A stretch of 64,000 nucleotides of DNA from positions 352,001-416,000 of the forward strand of contig CBFGTS010000001.1 of the NCBI GenBank assembly GCA_965652295.1, given 5' to 3'. This document shows positions 44,956 to 53,281 of the stretch, in pieces. The translations under genes and the position numbers were made by a program. Each line of letters starts with the position of its first letter. The first letter of the stretch is position 1. Source of the DNA: an uncultured Haloferula sp. (GTDB lineage Bacteria; Verrucomicrobiota; Verrucomicrobiia; Verrucomicrobiales; Akkermansiaceae). Below the pieces are notes generated by a model. The model searched no databases. It worked only from the letters and a program-made list of their open reading frames with translations, and was not told where the DNA came from.

Positions 44956-47405
44956 TCAGCCGCGTCCATGTCCGCTTGCGCTGGCTGCGCCGGAAGCTCA
45001 GCCGCACCCACCTGGCCGCGCGGTTCCTGGGATACGAGCTCCCCGCCGGCGACAGCCATCTTGGCGGCCTGATCATGATCCAGCTCGACGGGCTTTCCCG
45101 CGAGCAGTTTGATCGCGCGCTCAAAAGTCGCAGGCTGCCGTTCCTCAGCCGCATGATCCGGCGCGGAGATCTGGCGGAGGAAGACTTCTACTCCGGCATT
45201 CCTTCGACAACGCCTGCCGTACAAGCGGAGATCTTCTTCGGCAAAAAAGCGGCCGTGCCTGCCTTTCAGTTTCTCGACCGGGAAACACGTTACGTCCTGC
45301 GGATGTACGAGGCGGAATCGTCCGCCATCATCGAGAAAAGGCTCCGCCGGAAATGTCCGGAGCCTCTGCTGCAGGGTGGGCATTCGTATTCGAATATCTA
45401 CCTCGCGGGAGCCGCCGAGTCGCGTTACTGCGCGCAGGATCTTTCGGTCGATACCCTGCTCCAACGCCTGCACCCGCTGAAAACGGTGATCCTCTGCATG
45501 AGCCATATCGTGCGGATCCTGCGGATGCTCGGGCTGGCGGTGATCGAGGCGGTGCTGGCCGTGGTGGACCTGGTCCGGGGGCTCTACGAGAAGCACGATT
45601 TCTGGAAGGAATTCGCCTTCGTCCCGGCGCGGATGACGATCTGTATCCTGGTCCGCGAGGCGATCCGGTTTCGCGCCCTGCTGGATATCGAGCGGGGTGT
45701 GCGGGTGATTCACGCGAACTTCCTGGGTTACGACGAACAGGCGCATCGTCGCGGGCCGTCGTCGCCCTTCGCCCACTGGACGCTCAAGGGCATCGATCGC
45801 GCGATCCGTGATATCCACCGCGCCGCGGTCCGGTCCCCTTATCACGAGTATGAACTCATCGTTTACTCGGATCACGGTCAGGAGGAAACCGAGCCCTTCG
45901 AGCGTCGCCATGGTCGGCGGCTCGATGAAGCCGTGGCGGAGGTCTTTTCCCGTGGCCCGGTGGCCGGGCACCAGCTCTGGACGCCGCAGTCGGCCTCGCC
46001 GCTGGGCGGCACGCTCGGCCGCTGGATGAGCCTGTTGAAGCTCGAGTCACCTCCAACGCAGCAGGTCGATGACGACCATGTGGTGCTGACGGCGATGGGG
46101 CCGCTCGGTCACGTGTATCTACCCTTGCCCGTCGATGAGGAGGGGACCCGGCGATATGCGCGCGACCTCATCGAGGCGGGCGTGCCCTTGGTCATGCTGC
46201 CTGCCCGTGGCGGTGAAGTCCGCGCCTTCAACCCCCGTGGTGAATGGCTGCTGCCCCGCGATGCGGCGGAGGTCATCGGCCGTGATCACCGGTTTTTCCG
46301 GCAGGTCACGCAGGACCTCATCGAGCTGGCGGCGCATCCGAACGCCGGGGATTTCATCCTCAGCGGCTGGGACCCGCTCGGGAATCCCGTGAGCTTTCCA
46401 CTGGAAAACGGCTCTCATGGCGGACCCGGATTTCACGAGACCCACGGCTTCGTCCTCCTGCCGGAAAGAATCGATCGCTGGCATCACGAGCGTGGGCCGG
46501 ACAAGGACCAACCGATCCGGGGTGGGACGCTGCACCGGATCGCGAAGCACTTCCTGCACGAGGAGCCGATGTTCGGTGCGCGGGCGTCGGCGGAGGTTGG
46601 AACCCCGGTGCTCCGCGTAGCCACCTACAACGTCCACAGCTGCATGGGGCTGGACGGACGTGTGCGGCCCGACCGAATCGCGCGGGTGATCAATTCGCTG
46701 GCTCCGGACGTGATCGCGCTGCAGGAGGTCGACGTCCACCGGCCGCGCAGCGGCGGGCTCGATCAGCCGCACGAGATCAGCCGCCGACTCGAAATGGAAC
46801 ACGTTTTCCACTCGATGCTGGAGGAACACGACGAGAGATATGGCATCGCCATCCTTTCGCGTCATCCGATCGAGCTGGTGAAAAAAGGGCTGCTCACCAC
46901 GGCATCGAAGCGCCCGTGGCGCGAAGCGCGCGGGGCGATCTGGGTCAAGATCGAGGTGCCGGGATTCGATCGCCCGCTCCATTTCATCGGCACCCATTTC
47001 GGGCTCGGTCGCGAGGAGCGGAAGCAGCAGGCGGAGATTCTGATGGGCGATGAGTGGCTCGGCGCTCTGCCGGACGACGAGCCGGTGATCGTTTGCGGCG
47101 ACTTCAACTCCGGCAGACGCTCGGTGGTTTGGCAAAGGATGACGTCGCGCTTGGCGGATGCGCAGATGCAGCTTGCCGAGCACCGGCATCGGCCGACCTT
47201 TCCCTCGTCCAAACCGCTGGTCGGGCTCGATCACATTTTCATCAGCCCGCATTTCAAAGTGTCAGGGATCGAGCTGCCCGACAGTCCGATGACCGTCCGT
47301 GCCTCGGACCACCTGCCGCTCGCCGCCGACCTCGTTCCGGAAACCGAATCCGTCCTATGCTCGACTTCCTCAAACGCCACCCTGGCAAGCTCGTCCTCGG
47401 TCTGA
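44952..47405 (+). CDS. Alkaline-phosphatase-superfamily (phosphodiesterase) + EEP fusion protein
   Basis: IQLDGL, PSTTP, YDEQAH, YSDHGQ, SHGG, then ATYNVH, ALQEVD, CGDFN, LDHIF, ASDHLP. ATGA overlap. Confidence 0.85.
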   Translation: MISRVHVRLRWLRRKLSRTHLAARFLGYELPAGDSHLGGLIMIQLDGLSREQFDRALKSRRLPFLSRMIRRGDLAEEDFYSGIPSTTPAVQAEIFFGKKAAVPAFQFLDRETRYVLRMYEAESSAIIEKRLRRKCPEPLLQGGHSYSNIYLAGAAESRYCAQDLSVDTLLQRLHPLKTVILCMSHIVRILRMLGLAVIEAVLAVVDLVRGLYEKHDFWKEFAFVPARMTICILVREAIRFRALLDIERGVRVIHANFLGYDEQAHRRGPSSPFAHWTLKGIDRAIRDIHRAAVRSPYHEYELIVYSDHGQEETEPFERRHGRRLDEAVAEVFSRGPVAGHQLWTPQSASPLGGTLGRWMSLLKLESPPTQQVDDDHVVLTAMGPLGHVYLPLPVDEEGTRRYARDLIEAGVPLVMLPARGGEVRAFNPRGEWLLPRDAAEVIGRDHRFFRQVTQDLIELAAHPNAGDFILSGWDPLGNPVSFPLENGSHGGPGFHETHGFVLLPERIDRWHHERGPDKDQPIRGGTLHRIAKHFLHEEPMFGARASAEVGTPVLRVATYNVHSCMGLDGRVRPDRIARVINSLAPDVIALQEVDVHRPRSGGLDQPHEISRRLEMEHVFHSMLEEHDERYGIAILSRHPIELVKKGLLTTASKRPWREARGAIWVKIEVPGFDRPLHFIGTHFGLGREERKQQAEILMGDEWLGALPDDEPVIVCGDFNSGRRSVVWQRMTSRLADAQMQLAEHRHRPTFPSSKPLVGLDHIFISPHFKVSGIELPDSPMTVRASDHLPLAADLVPETESVLCSTSSNATLASSSSV

Positions 47406-48019
47406 TCGCTCTGGCCGTCGCCGGCGTGCTTGCGTGGATCTTCCGTGATCGCTTCGATGCGGACCGGTGGATCGAGTATGGCAACCACCTGCCGATCCCG
47501 GTCTTGATCGCGGCATTCCTGCTGCTGCCGCTGGCCGGCGTGCCGCTTACGGTCTTTCTCGTACTTGCCGGGATGCGCTTTGGCGTCGTGAACGGGATGT
47601 TGGTGACCACCGCGTGTATTTTTTTCCACAACGCCGCCGCCTACAAGCTGACGCACAGCACCTTCCGTCGCCGGCTCCGCGCATGGCTGGAAAGCCGGGG
47701 ACGGGCGATTCCTCCGATCCGCGAAGACCGGCGCATTCTTTACACCGGGCTGTTCGCGGCGGTCTCCGGTCCGCCCTACGCGCTCAAGCTCTACCTCTCG
47801 GCCCTCGCGGACATTCCGTTCAAGATCTACCTGTGGGTGGGGGCGCCTGTGTATGCGATTTTCAGTCTGATCCCGGTGGCGGCCGGTGCGGCGGCCACCG
47901 AGATCAAGCCGGTGTGGATCATCGTCGTGGTGGCTGCGGCTCTCGTGCTGACCGTCGTCGTGCGGCGGTTGATGCGACGCTTCGAGAGCCGGGTGCTGGG
48001 CGAGGGCGAAGAACCTTAG
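47357..48019 (+). CDS. VTT/DedA (TVP38/TMEM64-like) membrane protein
   Basis: About 5 hydrophobic segments; PLAGVPLTVFLVLAGMRFG and GPPYALKLY. ATG at 47357 overlaps the upstream gene by 49 bp. Confidence 0.75.
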   Translation: MLDFLKRHPGKLVLGLIALAVAGVLAWIFRDRFDADRWIEYGNHLPIPVLIAAFLLLPLAGVPLTVFLVLAGMRFGVVNGMLVTTACIFFHNAAAYKLTHSTFRRRLRAWLESRGRAIPPIREDRRILYTGLFAAVSGPPYALKLYLSALADIPFKIYLWVGAPVYAIFSLIPVAAGAAATEIKPVWIIVVVAAALVLTVVVRRLMRRFESRVLGEGEEP

Positions 48020-48226
48020 TGTGGTGATCGCGAAATAACTGGGCGAAATGCGCGAGGGATTTTTCCCAAGATCAAGGCGCGACGAGGGAGCGGATGAATA
48101 TCCGTGACCGAGGAGAAACGCAGAGATTGGGAAAAAGCACCGCGCGCCTGAATGCGGCCGAGCGAAGCGTGCTGTCTTAAAAATTTCCATTCACTCATTT
48201 CGTCTAGGGATTTCGCGATCACCACA

Positions 48227-48994
48227 CTAGAGCCGGGGAATCGTCAGGCCGCCATCGACCATCACGACCTGGCCGGTGGAGTAGGGGAAATCGAGTCGTG
48301 CCAATGCGGCGACCGCCTTGCCCACGTCCTCGGGCAGGCCCCAGCGGGGCGTGACGCAGAGGCCGTCGGCGATGAGACGGTCATACTTTTCGGTCACGCC
48401 CGCGGTCATGTCGGTCTTGGTGACGCCCGGGCGGACCTCGTAGACCGGGAGGTCGAACTCTCCGAGCCGCGTGGCGAAGAGTTGCGTGACCATGGCGAGG
48501 CCGGCCTTGCTGACGCAGTATTCGCCACGGTTGGTGGAGACGACCGTCGCGCTGATCGAGTTGATGTTGATGATGCCGCCGCGGAAAGAGGGGTCGGCCT
48601 GCTTTTGCTCGATGAGCTGGTTTGCTACGGCCTGCGTGAGGAAATACGGTCCTTCGAGGTTGATCGACATCAGGCGCTGGAAGCTTTCGATCGAGGTTTC
48701 GAGCACATCCTTTCGCTCCGCCGGAGCGACGCCGGCGTTGTTGACGAGGAAATTGAGCCCGCCGAACTGCGTGCGAATTTTTTCCAGAATGGTACGGCGG
48801 TCATCGGAGTTCCCGACATCGCCCTGGCAGTAGATGACTTCCGGGGAACCGGCGGCCCGGAGCTGTTCGAGGACCTCGGCGACCTGGACCTCCGGCCGCA
48901 TGCCGTTGATCGCGAGGCGGTGGCGTTCCTTTGCGAGGGTGAGGGCGATGCCGAGCCCGATGCCGCGGCTGCCGCCGGTGATGAGTGTGATCAT
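48227..48994 (-). CDS. SDR oxidoreductase
   Basis: TGGSRGIG, VNNAG, YCVSK, VRPG, DGG. Confidence 0.9.
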   Translation of the reverse strand: MITLITGGSRGIGLGIALTLAKERHRLAINGMRPEVQVAEVLEQLRAAGSPEVIYCQGDVGNSDDRRTILEKIRTQFGGLNFLVNNAGVAPAERKDVLETSIESFQRLMSINLEGPYFLTQAVANQLIEQKQADPSFRGGIININSISATVVSTNRGEYCVSKAGLAMVTQLFATRLGEFDLPVYEVRPGVTKTDMTAGVTEKYDRLIADGLCVTPRWGLPEDVGKAVAALARLDFPYSTGQVVMVDGGLTIPRL

Positions 48995-49004
48995 GGTGGA
49001 AAAT

Positions 49005-49070
49005 GGGGAGAGTGGCTTTTCAAGCCGCTTCGTTAGGGCTGGAGAAGAGCGGGCTACAAACCGCTCTCCT
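49005..49070. repeat. REPIN-like paired palindromes (GGAG family), copy 1
   Basis: ggggagagtggcttttcaagccgctt ... aagagcgggctacaaaccgctctcct; similar to 51075-51135. Confidence 0.7.
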
Positions 49071-49073
49071 GAT

Positions 49074-50225
49074 TCAAGGGTTGAGATCGGGGATGTCGAT
49101 CCAGCGGCGTTCGGCGCTGGATTGGAGGCCGAGTTCGGCGAGTTGCACGCCTTTGGCTCCCTCCAGGAGACCGAAGTGCCACGGCTCGTCGAGCACGACG
49201 TGGCGGAGGAACATCTCCCACTGGACCTTGAAGGCGTTGTCGTAGGACTCCTGATCGGGTACCTTGCTCCAGCCTTCGAAAAAGTCGATCGGCTGGGGGA
49301 TGTCGGGATTCCACACGGGGCGCGGGGTGTTGCCGTAGTGCTGGATCCAGCAATCGCGCAGGCCGATCACGGCGCTGCCCTTGGTGCCATCGACCTGCAT
49401 GGTCAGCAAATCGTCGCGGCGCACGCGGACGTTCCAGGACGAGTTGAAGTGGCAGATGATGCCGTTCTGCGTTTCGAAAGTACTATAAGCGGAGTCGTCG
49501 GCGGTGCAGCGGTAGGGCTTTCCGCTTTCGTCGATCCGCTCGGGGATGTGGGTGGCGGCGAGGGTGGAGACGCTTTTCACCGGGCCGAAAAGGTGATCGA
49601 TGACATATCGCCAGTGGCAGAGCATGTCGACGATCATGCCGCCGCCGTCCTCGGCGCGGTAGTTCCATGAAGGGCGCTGGGGGGCGACGGTGTGTCCCTC
49701 GAACACCCAGTATCCGAACTCGCCGCGGACCGAGAGGATGTCGCCGAAGAAGCCGTTTTCCCGGAGTCGTTTGAATTTCACCAGGCCCGGAAGCCACAGC
49801 TTGTCCTGCACCACGCCGTGCTTCACGCCGGCATCGCGGCAGATGGTGTAGAGTTCGTACGCGTCCTCGGTTTTGATTGCGGTGGGCTTTTCACAATAGA
49901 CGTGCTTGCCGGCGGCGGCGGCTTGTTTGACGGCATCGAAGCGGCGCAGGGTGCTTTGGGCGTCGAAGTAGATTTCGTAGGCCGGGTCGTTCATCACCGG
50001 GTCGAGATCGGTGGCGTATTTCTCGACGCTGGTTTGCTCGATCAGCGACTTGAGCTTGCTTTCGTTGCGGCCGACGAGGATCGGGTCGGGCATGATGGTC
50101 TCGGTGGGGGATACCTTCACGCCGCCTTGTTTGATGATGGCGTCGATCGAACGGAGCAGGTGCTGGTTGGTGCCCATGCGTCCGGTGACGCCGTTCATGA
50201 TGATGCCGATGCGGTGAACCTTCAC
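49074..50225 (-). CDS. Gfo/Idh/MocA family oxidoreductase
   Basis: Rossmann-like IGIIMNGVTGRMG, AGKHVYCEKP, GGGMIVDMLCH. Confidence 0.9.
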   Translation of the reverse strand: MKVHRIGIIMNGVTGRMGTNQHLLRSIDAIIKQGGVKVSPTETIMPDPILVGRNESKLKSLIEQTSVEKYATDLDPVMNDPAYEIYFDAQSTLRRFDAVKQAAAAGKHVYCEKPTAIKTEDAYELYTICRDAGVKHGVVQDKLWLPGLVKFKRLRENGFFGDILSVRGEFGYWVFEGHTVAPQRPSWNYRAEDGGGMIVDMLCHWRYVIDHLFGPVKSVSTLAATHIPERIDESGKPYRCTADDSAYSTFETQNGIICHFNSSWNVRVRRDDLLTMQVDGTKGSAVIGLRDCWIQHYGNTPRPVWNPDIPQPIDFFEGWSKVPDQESYDNAFKVQWEMFLRHVVLDEPWHFGLLEGAKGVQLAELGLQSSAERRWIDIPDLNP

Positions 50226-50259
50226 GAGTTTGCTGGTTTTCAGTGTTTAGTTTTCAGGC
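50226..50259 (-). repeat. 34-bp heptamer-based leader, copy 1
   Basis: 32/34 identical to 52516-52549; abuts the GTG start. Confidence 0.85.
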
Positions 50260-50263
50260 CTGA

Positions 50264-51070
50264 TCAGACGTGCTGTTGATAGGCTTGGATGATTTTTTGG
50301 AGATAGTCGTCGGGGTCGTGGGACCACCAACGGTCGGAGAAGATTTCGACTTCGATCCAGTCCTGGAACCCGGCCGATTCGACCTGCTGGCGGATGCCTT
50401 TGATGTCGATGCAGCCTTCGCCCATGAGACCGCGGTCGTTGAGCAGGTCGGTGGTGGGCGTGAGCCAATCGCAGACATGGAAGCCGCAGATGCGGCTTCC
50501 GGCGCGGGCGATTTCGGCTCCGAGATCGGGGTCCCACCAGAGGTGGTAGACATCGGCGGCGATGCCGATTTCCGGAGGCGAGCCGAGACGATCGATGAGG
50601 TCGTTGGTCTGGCCGAGGGTATTGATGGCGCTACGGCAATCGGCGTACATGGGATGCAGCGGCTCGATGGCGAGCTTCACGCCGGTGGTGCGGGCGTGGT
50701 CGAGGCAGGCGGCGAGGCCTTCCTCGATGTGCTTGCGGGATTCGGCGAGAGGGAGGTCCGGCTTCGCGCCGCATACCAGCACGACCTGCGGCGCGCCGAG
50801 AGCGGCGGCCTCGTCGAGGGCGCGGAGATTGTCATCGAGGGCGGCCTGTTTTTCCCCGGCGGTCAGGTAGGGAAAGAACCCTCCGCGGACGAGCGAGACG
50901 GCGGTGAGGCCGTGGTCGTCGAGGATGCGGCGGGATTCGGTGAGGGGACGGCCTTCGAGCCACTGTCGCCACACGCCCATGCCCCGGACGCCGGCGGCGC
51001 TGTATTTTGCGGCGGCGGTGGGGAGGTTCCACGCTTTGGTGGTGATGGTGTGGATGGCGAGACGGTTCAT
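50264..51070 (-). CDS. Sugar phosphate isomerase/epimerase (XylA/IolE-like TIM barrel)
   Basis: LAIEPLHP, DVYHLWWD, FHVCDW, RGLMGEG, EVEIFS. ATG at 51070. Confidence 0.88.
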   Translation of the reverse strand: MNRLAIHTITTKAWNLPTAAAKYSAAGVRGMGVWRQWLEGRPLTESRRILDDHGLTAVSLVRGGFFPYLTAGEKQAALDDNLRALDEAAALGAPQVVLVCGAKPDLPLAESRKHIEEGLAACLDHARTTGVKLAIEPLHPMYADCRSAINTLGQTNDLIDRLGSPPEIGIAADVYHLWWDPDLGAEIARAGSRICGFHVCDWLTPTTDLLNDRGLMGEGCIDIKGIRQQVESAGFQDWIEVEIFSDRWWSHDPDDYLQKIIQAYQQHV

Positions 51071-51074
51071 GGAT

Positions 51075-51135
51075 GGGGAGAGCGGCTTTGCAAGCCGCCG
51101 GGTGTGCGTGAAGCGGGTTGGAAACCCGCTCTCCT
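51075..51135. repeat. REPIN-like paired palindromes (GGAG family), copy 2
   Basis: ggggagagcggctttgcaagccgc ... aagcgggttggaaacccgctctcct. Confidence 0.75.
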
Positions 51136-52511
51136 TAGTGGAAAAAGGTGAGGTAGGGGCCGTTGTTGATGAGGCGCTGGAGATAGACGGCGAGTTCCAT
51201 GGCGTGGTAATCTCCCCACATACTGGATTCACCGTAGGGAGCCTTGTTGGCCTCGGGCCGGTGGTCCCAGCCGTTGGGGTGGTGGTAGATGGTGTGGAGG
51301 AGCAGGCCCTGGTGGGCGGGATCCTCGCTGGCGTAGGTGTCGGAGAGGAGGCTCCGGGCGGTGACGAGAGCGGCGGCCTGGTAGCGGTCGGCATTGGCGG
51401 TGTCGCCGCGGTCGCGAAGGACCCTGGAAAGCCGGAGAAGCCCCTGGGCGGTGATGGCGCTGGCGGAGGAGTCGACCGGCTCGTGCTCGTTGAAAGGGTC
51501 GGCCGGTTCGAGGAGGTGGTTTGGAGGCATTTTCCACATGTTCGGGCCGCCCTGGTCCCAGTAGGAAATGCCGTCGGCCGGGGTGTGATCGATGAAGTTC
51601 TCCGCGATGGCGATGGCCCCGCGCAACATGAGCAACTCCCATTTTTCCCGGCCTCCGAAGGGCTCCAGCTCGGCATCGGAGAGGGTGGTGAGGAACTCGA
51701 GCTCTTCGGCGAATCCGAGCATCGCCCACGATTGCCCGCGGGTCCAGGTGGTGAAGCCGGAGTAGCCCTGCTGCGAGTTCGGGCAGCGGTAGGCACCGTC
51801 CTTGGTGTTGAAGATGGCCTCGTGGGTGGTGCGGCCGGCGAGGTCCCAGATGTCGCGGCCTTCGCCGTAGAAAACGGAGTATTTCGCGGTGGATTCGATG
51901 TGCTGGAGAGCGCGATCGAGCAGGGAAATAGGCTTGTCGCCTTCGCCCATGAGGACGTGGCCGAGACGGTGCGCCTGCATGAGGATGCGACAGGAGCGGA
52001 TGGTATCGACGAAGAGCGAATGCGGGCCGTTGAAGGAATGGATGAAGCCGCCACCCTGACGCTCGGTCCAGCGCGCGGCTTGGACGGCACCGCTCGTTTT
52101 GATGGCGAGTTCGTAGAAATGGCGCTCCCATTCGTTTGCCGGCAGGCGGCCTTCGAGCATCAGCCTACGAAGGTTGCCGTAGGTGGAGAGGTTGTTGAAG
52201 CCATGGTCGTGGACGCCGATGTGGCTGACGTGGCTGGCCATTTTTTCCACGGTGCGGGTGCGGCCGGAGTCGAGGGAGGTTTCGTCACCGGTGGCATCGA
52301 AATGGAGGATGGCGATGCCGTAGCGGAAGCCTTCGGTCCACTCGGTCCAGCCGCGGGTGGTGTATTTCCCCTGAACGGTGAAGACCGGCGAGCCCTTGGC
52401 GTCGTCGTATTCGCGGTCGATGGAGGCGATCTTGGTTTTCGCGAGTGAAAAGAAGCGGTCGAGGGCCGGGGAGAGGCTTTCGAGGGTGGGGGCGGAGTCG
52501 AGGGAGATCAT
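51135..52511 (-). CDS. Glycoside hydrolase family 88-like (unsaturated glucuronyl hydrolase)
   Basis: WTEGF..G, HDHGF, QQGYS..TTWTRGQSWAMLGF, YWD, DSSASAITAQGLL, MWGDY. Confidence 0.82.
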   Translation of the reverse strand: MISLDSAPTLESLSPALDRFFSLAKTKIASIDREYDDAKGSPVFTVQGKYTTRGWTEWTEGFRYGIAILHFDATGDETSLDSGRTRTVEKMASHVSHIGVHDHGFNNLSTYGNLRRLMLEGRLPANEWERHFYELAIKTSGAVQAARWTERQGGGFIHSFNGPHSLFVDTIRSCRILMQAHRLGHVLMGEGDKPISLLDRALQHIESTAKYSVFYGEGRDIWDLAGRTTHEAIFNTKDGAYRCPNSQQGYSGFTTWTRGQSWAMLGFAEELEFLTTLSDAELEPFGGREKWELLMLRGAIAIAENFIDHTPADGISYWDQGGPNMWKMPPNHLLEPADPFNEHEPVDSSASAITAQGLLRLSRVLRDRGDTANADRYQAAALVTARSLLSDTYASEDPAHQGLLLHTIYHHPNGWDHRPEANKAPYGESSMWGDYHAMELAVYLQRLINNGPYLTFFH

Positions 52512-52515
52512 GGGA

Positions 52516-52549
52516 GAGTTTGCTAGTTTTCAGTGTTCAGTTTTCAGGC
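52516..52549 (-). repeat. 34-bp heptamer-based leader, copy 2
   Basis: 32/34 identical to 50226-50259; 4 nt before the ATG. Confidence 0.85.
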
Positions 52550-52578
52550 TGAAGGGCGGGACGCCTGGGCTCCTTTTT

Positions 52579-53124
52579 TCAGAAGCGGTGGGTTTTGGTG
52601 AGGTGGGCGATGGTGAGTTCGGCGTCCTCGAAGATTTGGTAGGTGTGGGGAAGGACGGCGTCGAATTTGAGCGCATCGCCAGCGGCGAGGGTGTGCTGCT
52701 CGTGGCGGAAGGCGACGTGGACCTTGCCGCGGCGGACCCAGCAGATTTCGTGATCGTCGCCGTGGGCCTCGGGGTGCTGGAGCGAGTCGCCGGCTCGGGC
52801 GGTGGCGTGGAACAGCTCGACGCCTTGGAAGGCGATCTTTTCGAACTGGAACGGTCCGGAGGTATAGCGGGTGGCTTTTTTCCGGTGGGCGGTGGGCGAC
52901 TCGGCGAGGGAAAGCAGGTCCGAGGCGGAGAGTCCGAAGACGCGGGCGAGGCGGTGGAGCGTGGGCAGTTCGACGAGGTTCTGATTGCGCTCAAGCTTCG
53001 AGAGCGAGGCGATCGAGAGGCCGGATTGATCCGAGACCTGCTGCAAGGTCAGTCCGGACTGCTTGCGCAGGTCGCGGATGACGGTGAAGTCGAGAGAGAG
53101 GCTTTCGGAGTCCTGAATGGGCAC
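52579..53124 (-). CDS. XRE-family HTH regulator with C-terminal cupin domain
   Basis: IRDLRKQSGLTLQQVSDQSGLSIASLSKLERN; cupin H..E..V..G..LAAGDALKFDAVLPHTY. Confidence 0.9.
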   Translation of the reverse strand: MPIQDSESLSLDFTVIRDLRKQSGLTLQQVSDQSGLSIASLSKLERNQNLVELPTLHRLARVFGLSASDLLSLAESPTAHRKKATRYTSGPFQFEKIAFQGVELFHATARAGDSLQHPEAHGDDHEICWVRRGKVHVAFRHEQHTLAAGDALKFDAVLPHTYQIFEDAELTIAHLTKTHRF

Positions 53125-53281
53125 GAGGGATAAAAAACACGAAGAAATTTATACGGGAAGAAAAATTTAGGAGTGCGGCAGGATTTATCTGCGCTTAGGA
53201 GGAGAACTTCAGTCCTGATGGAAAGGGCACGGCGATGAATCGCCTCGGGAAAGCGAGATGAATCTCCGCAGTCTGGAGGCG

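Noticed and set aside
51071..52090. 608-aa ORF extending the TIM-barrel isomerase upstream
   Set aside because: It is an off-frame S/P/T-rich read-through of the GH88 gene. The real start is ATG 51070.
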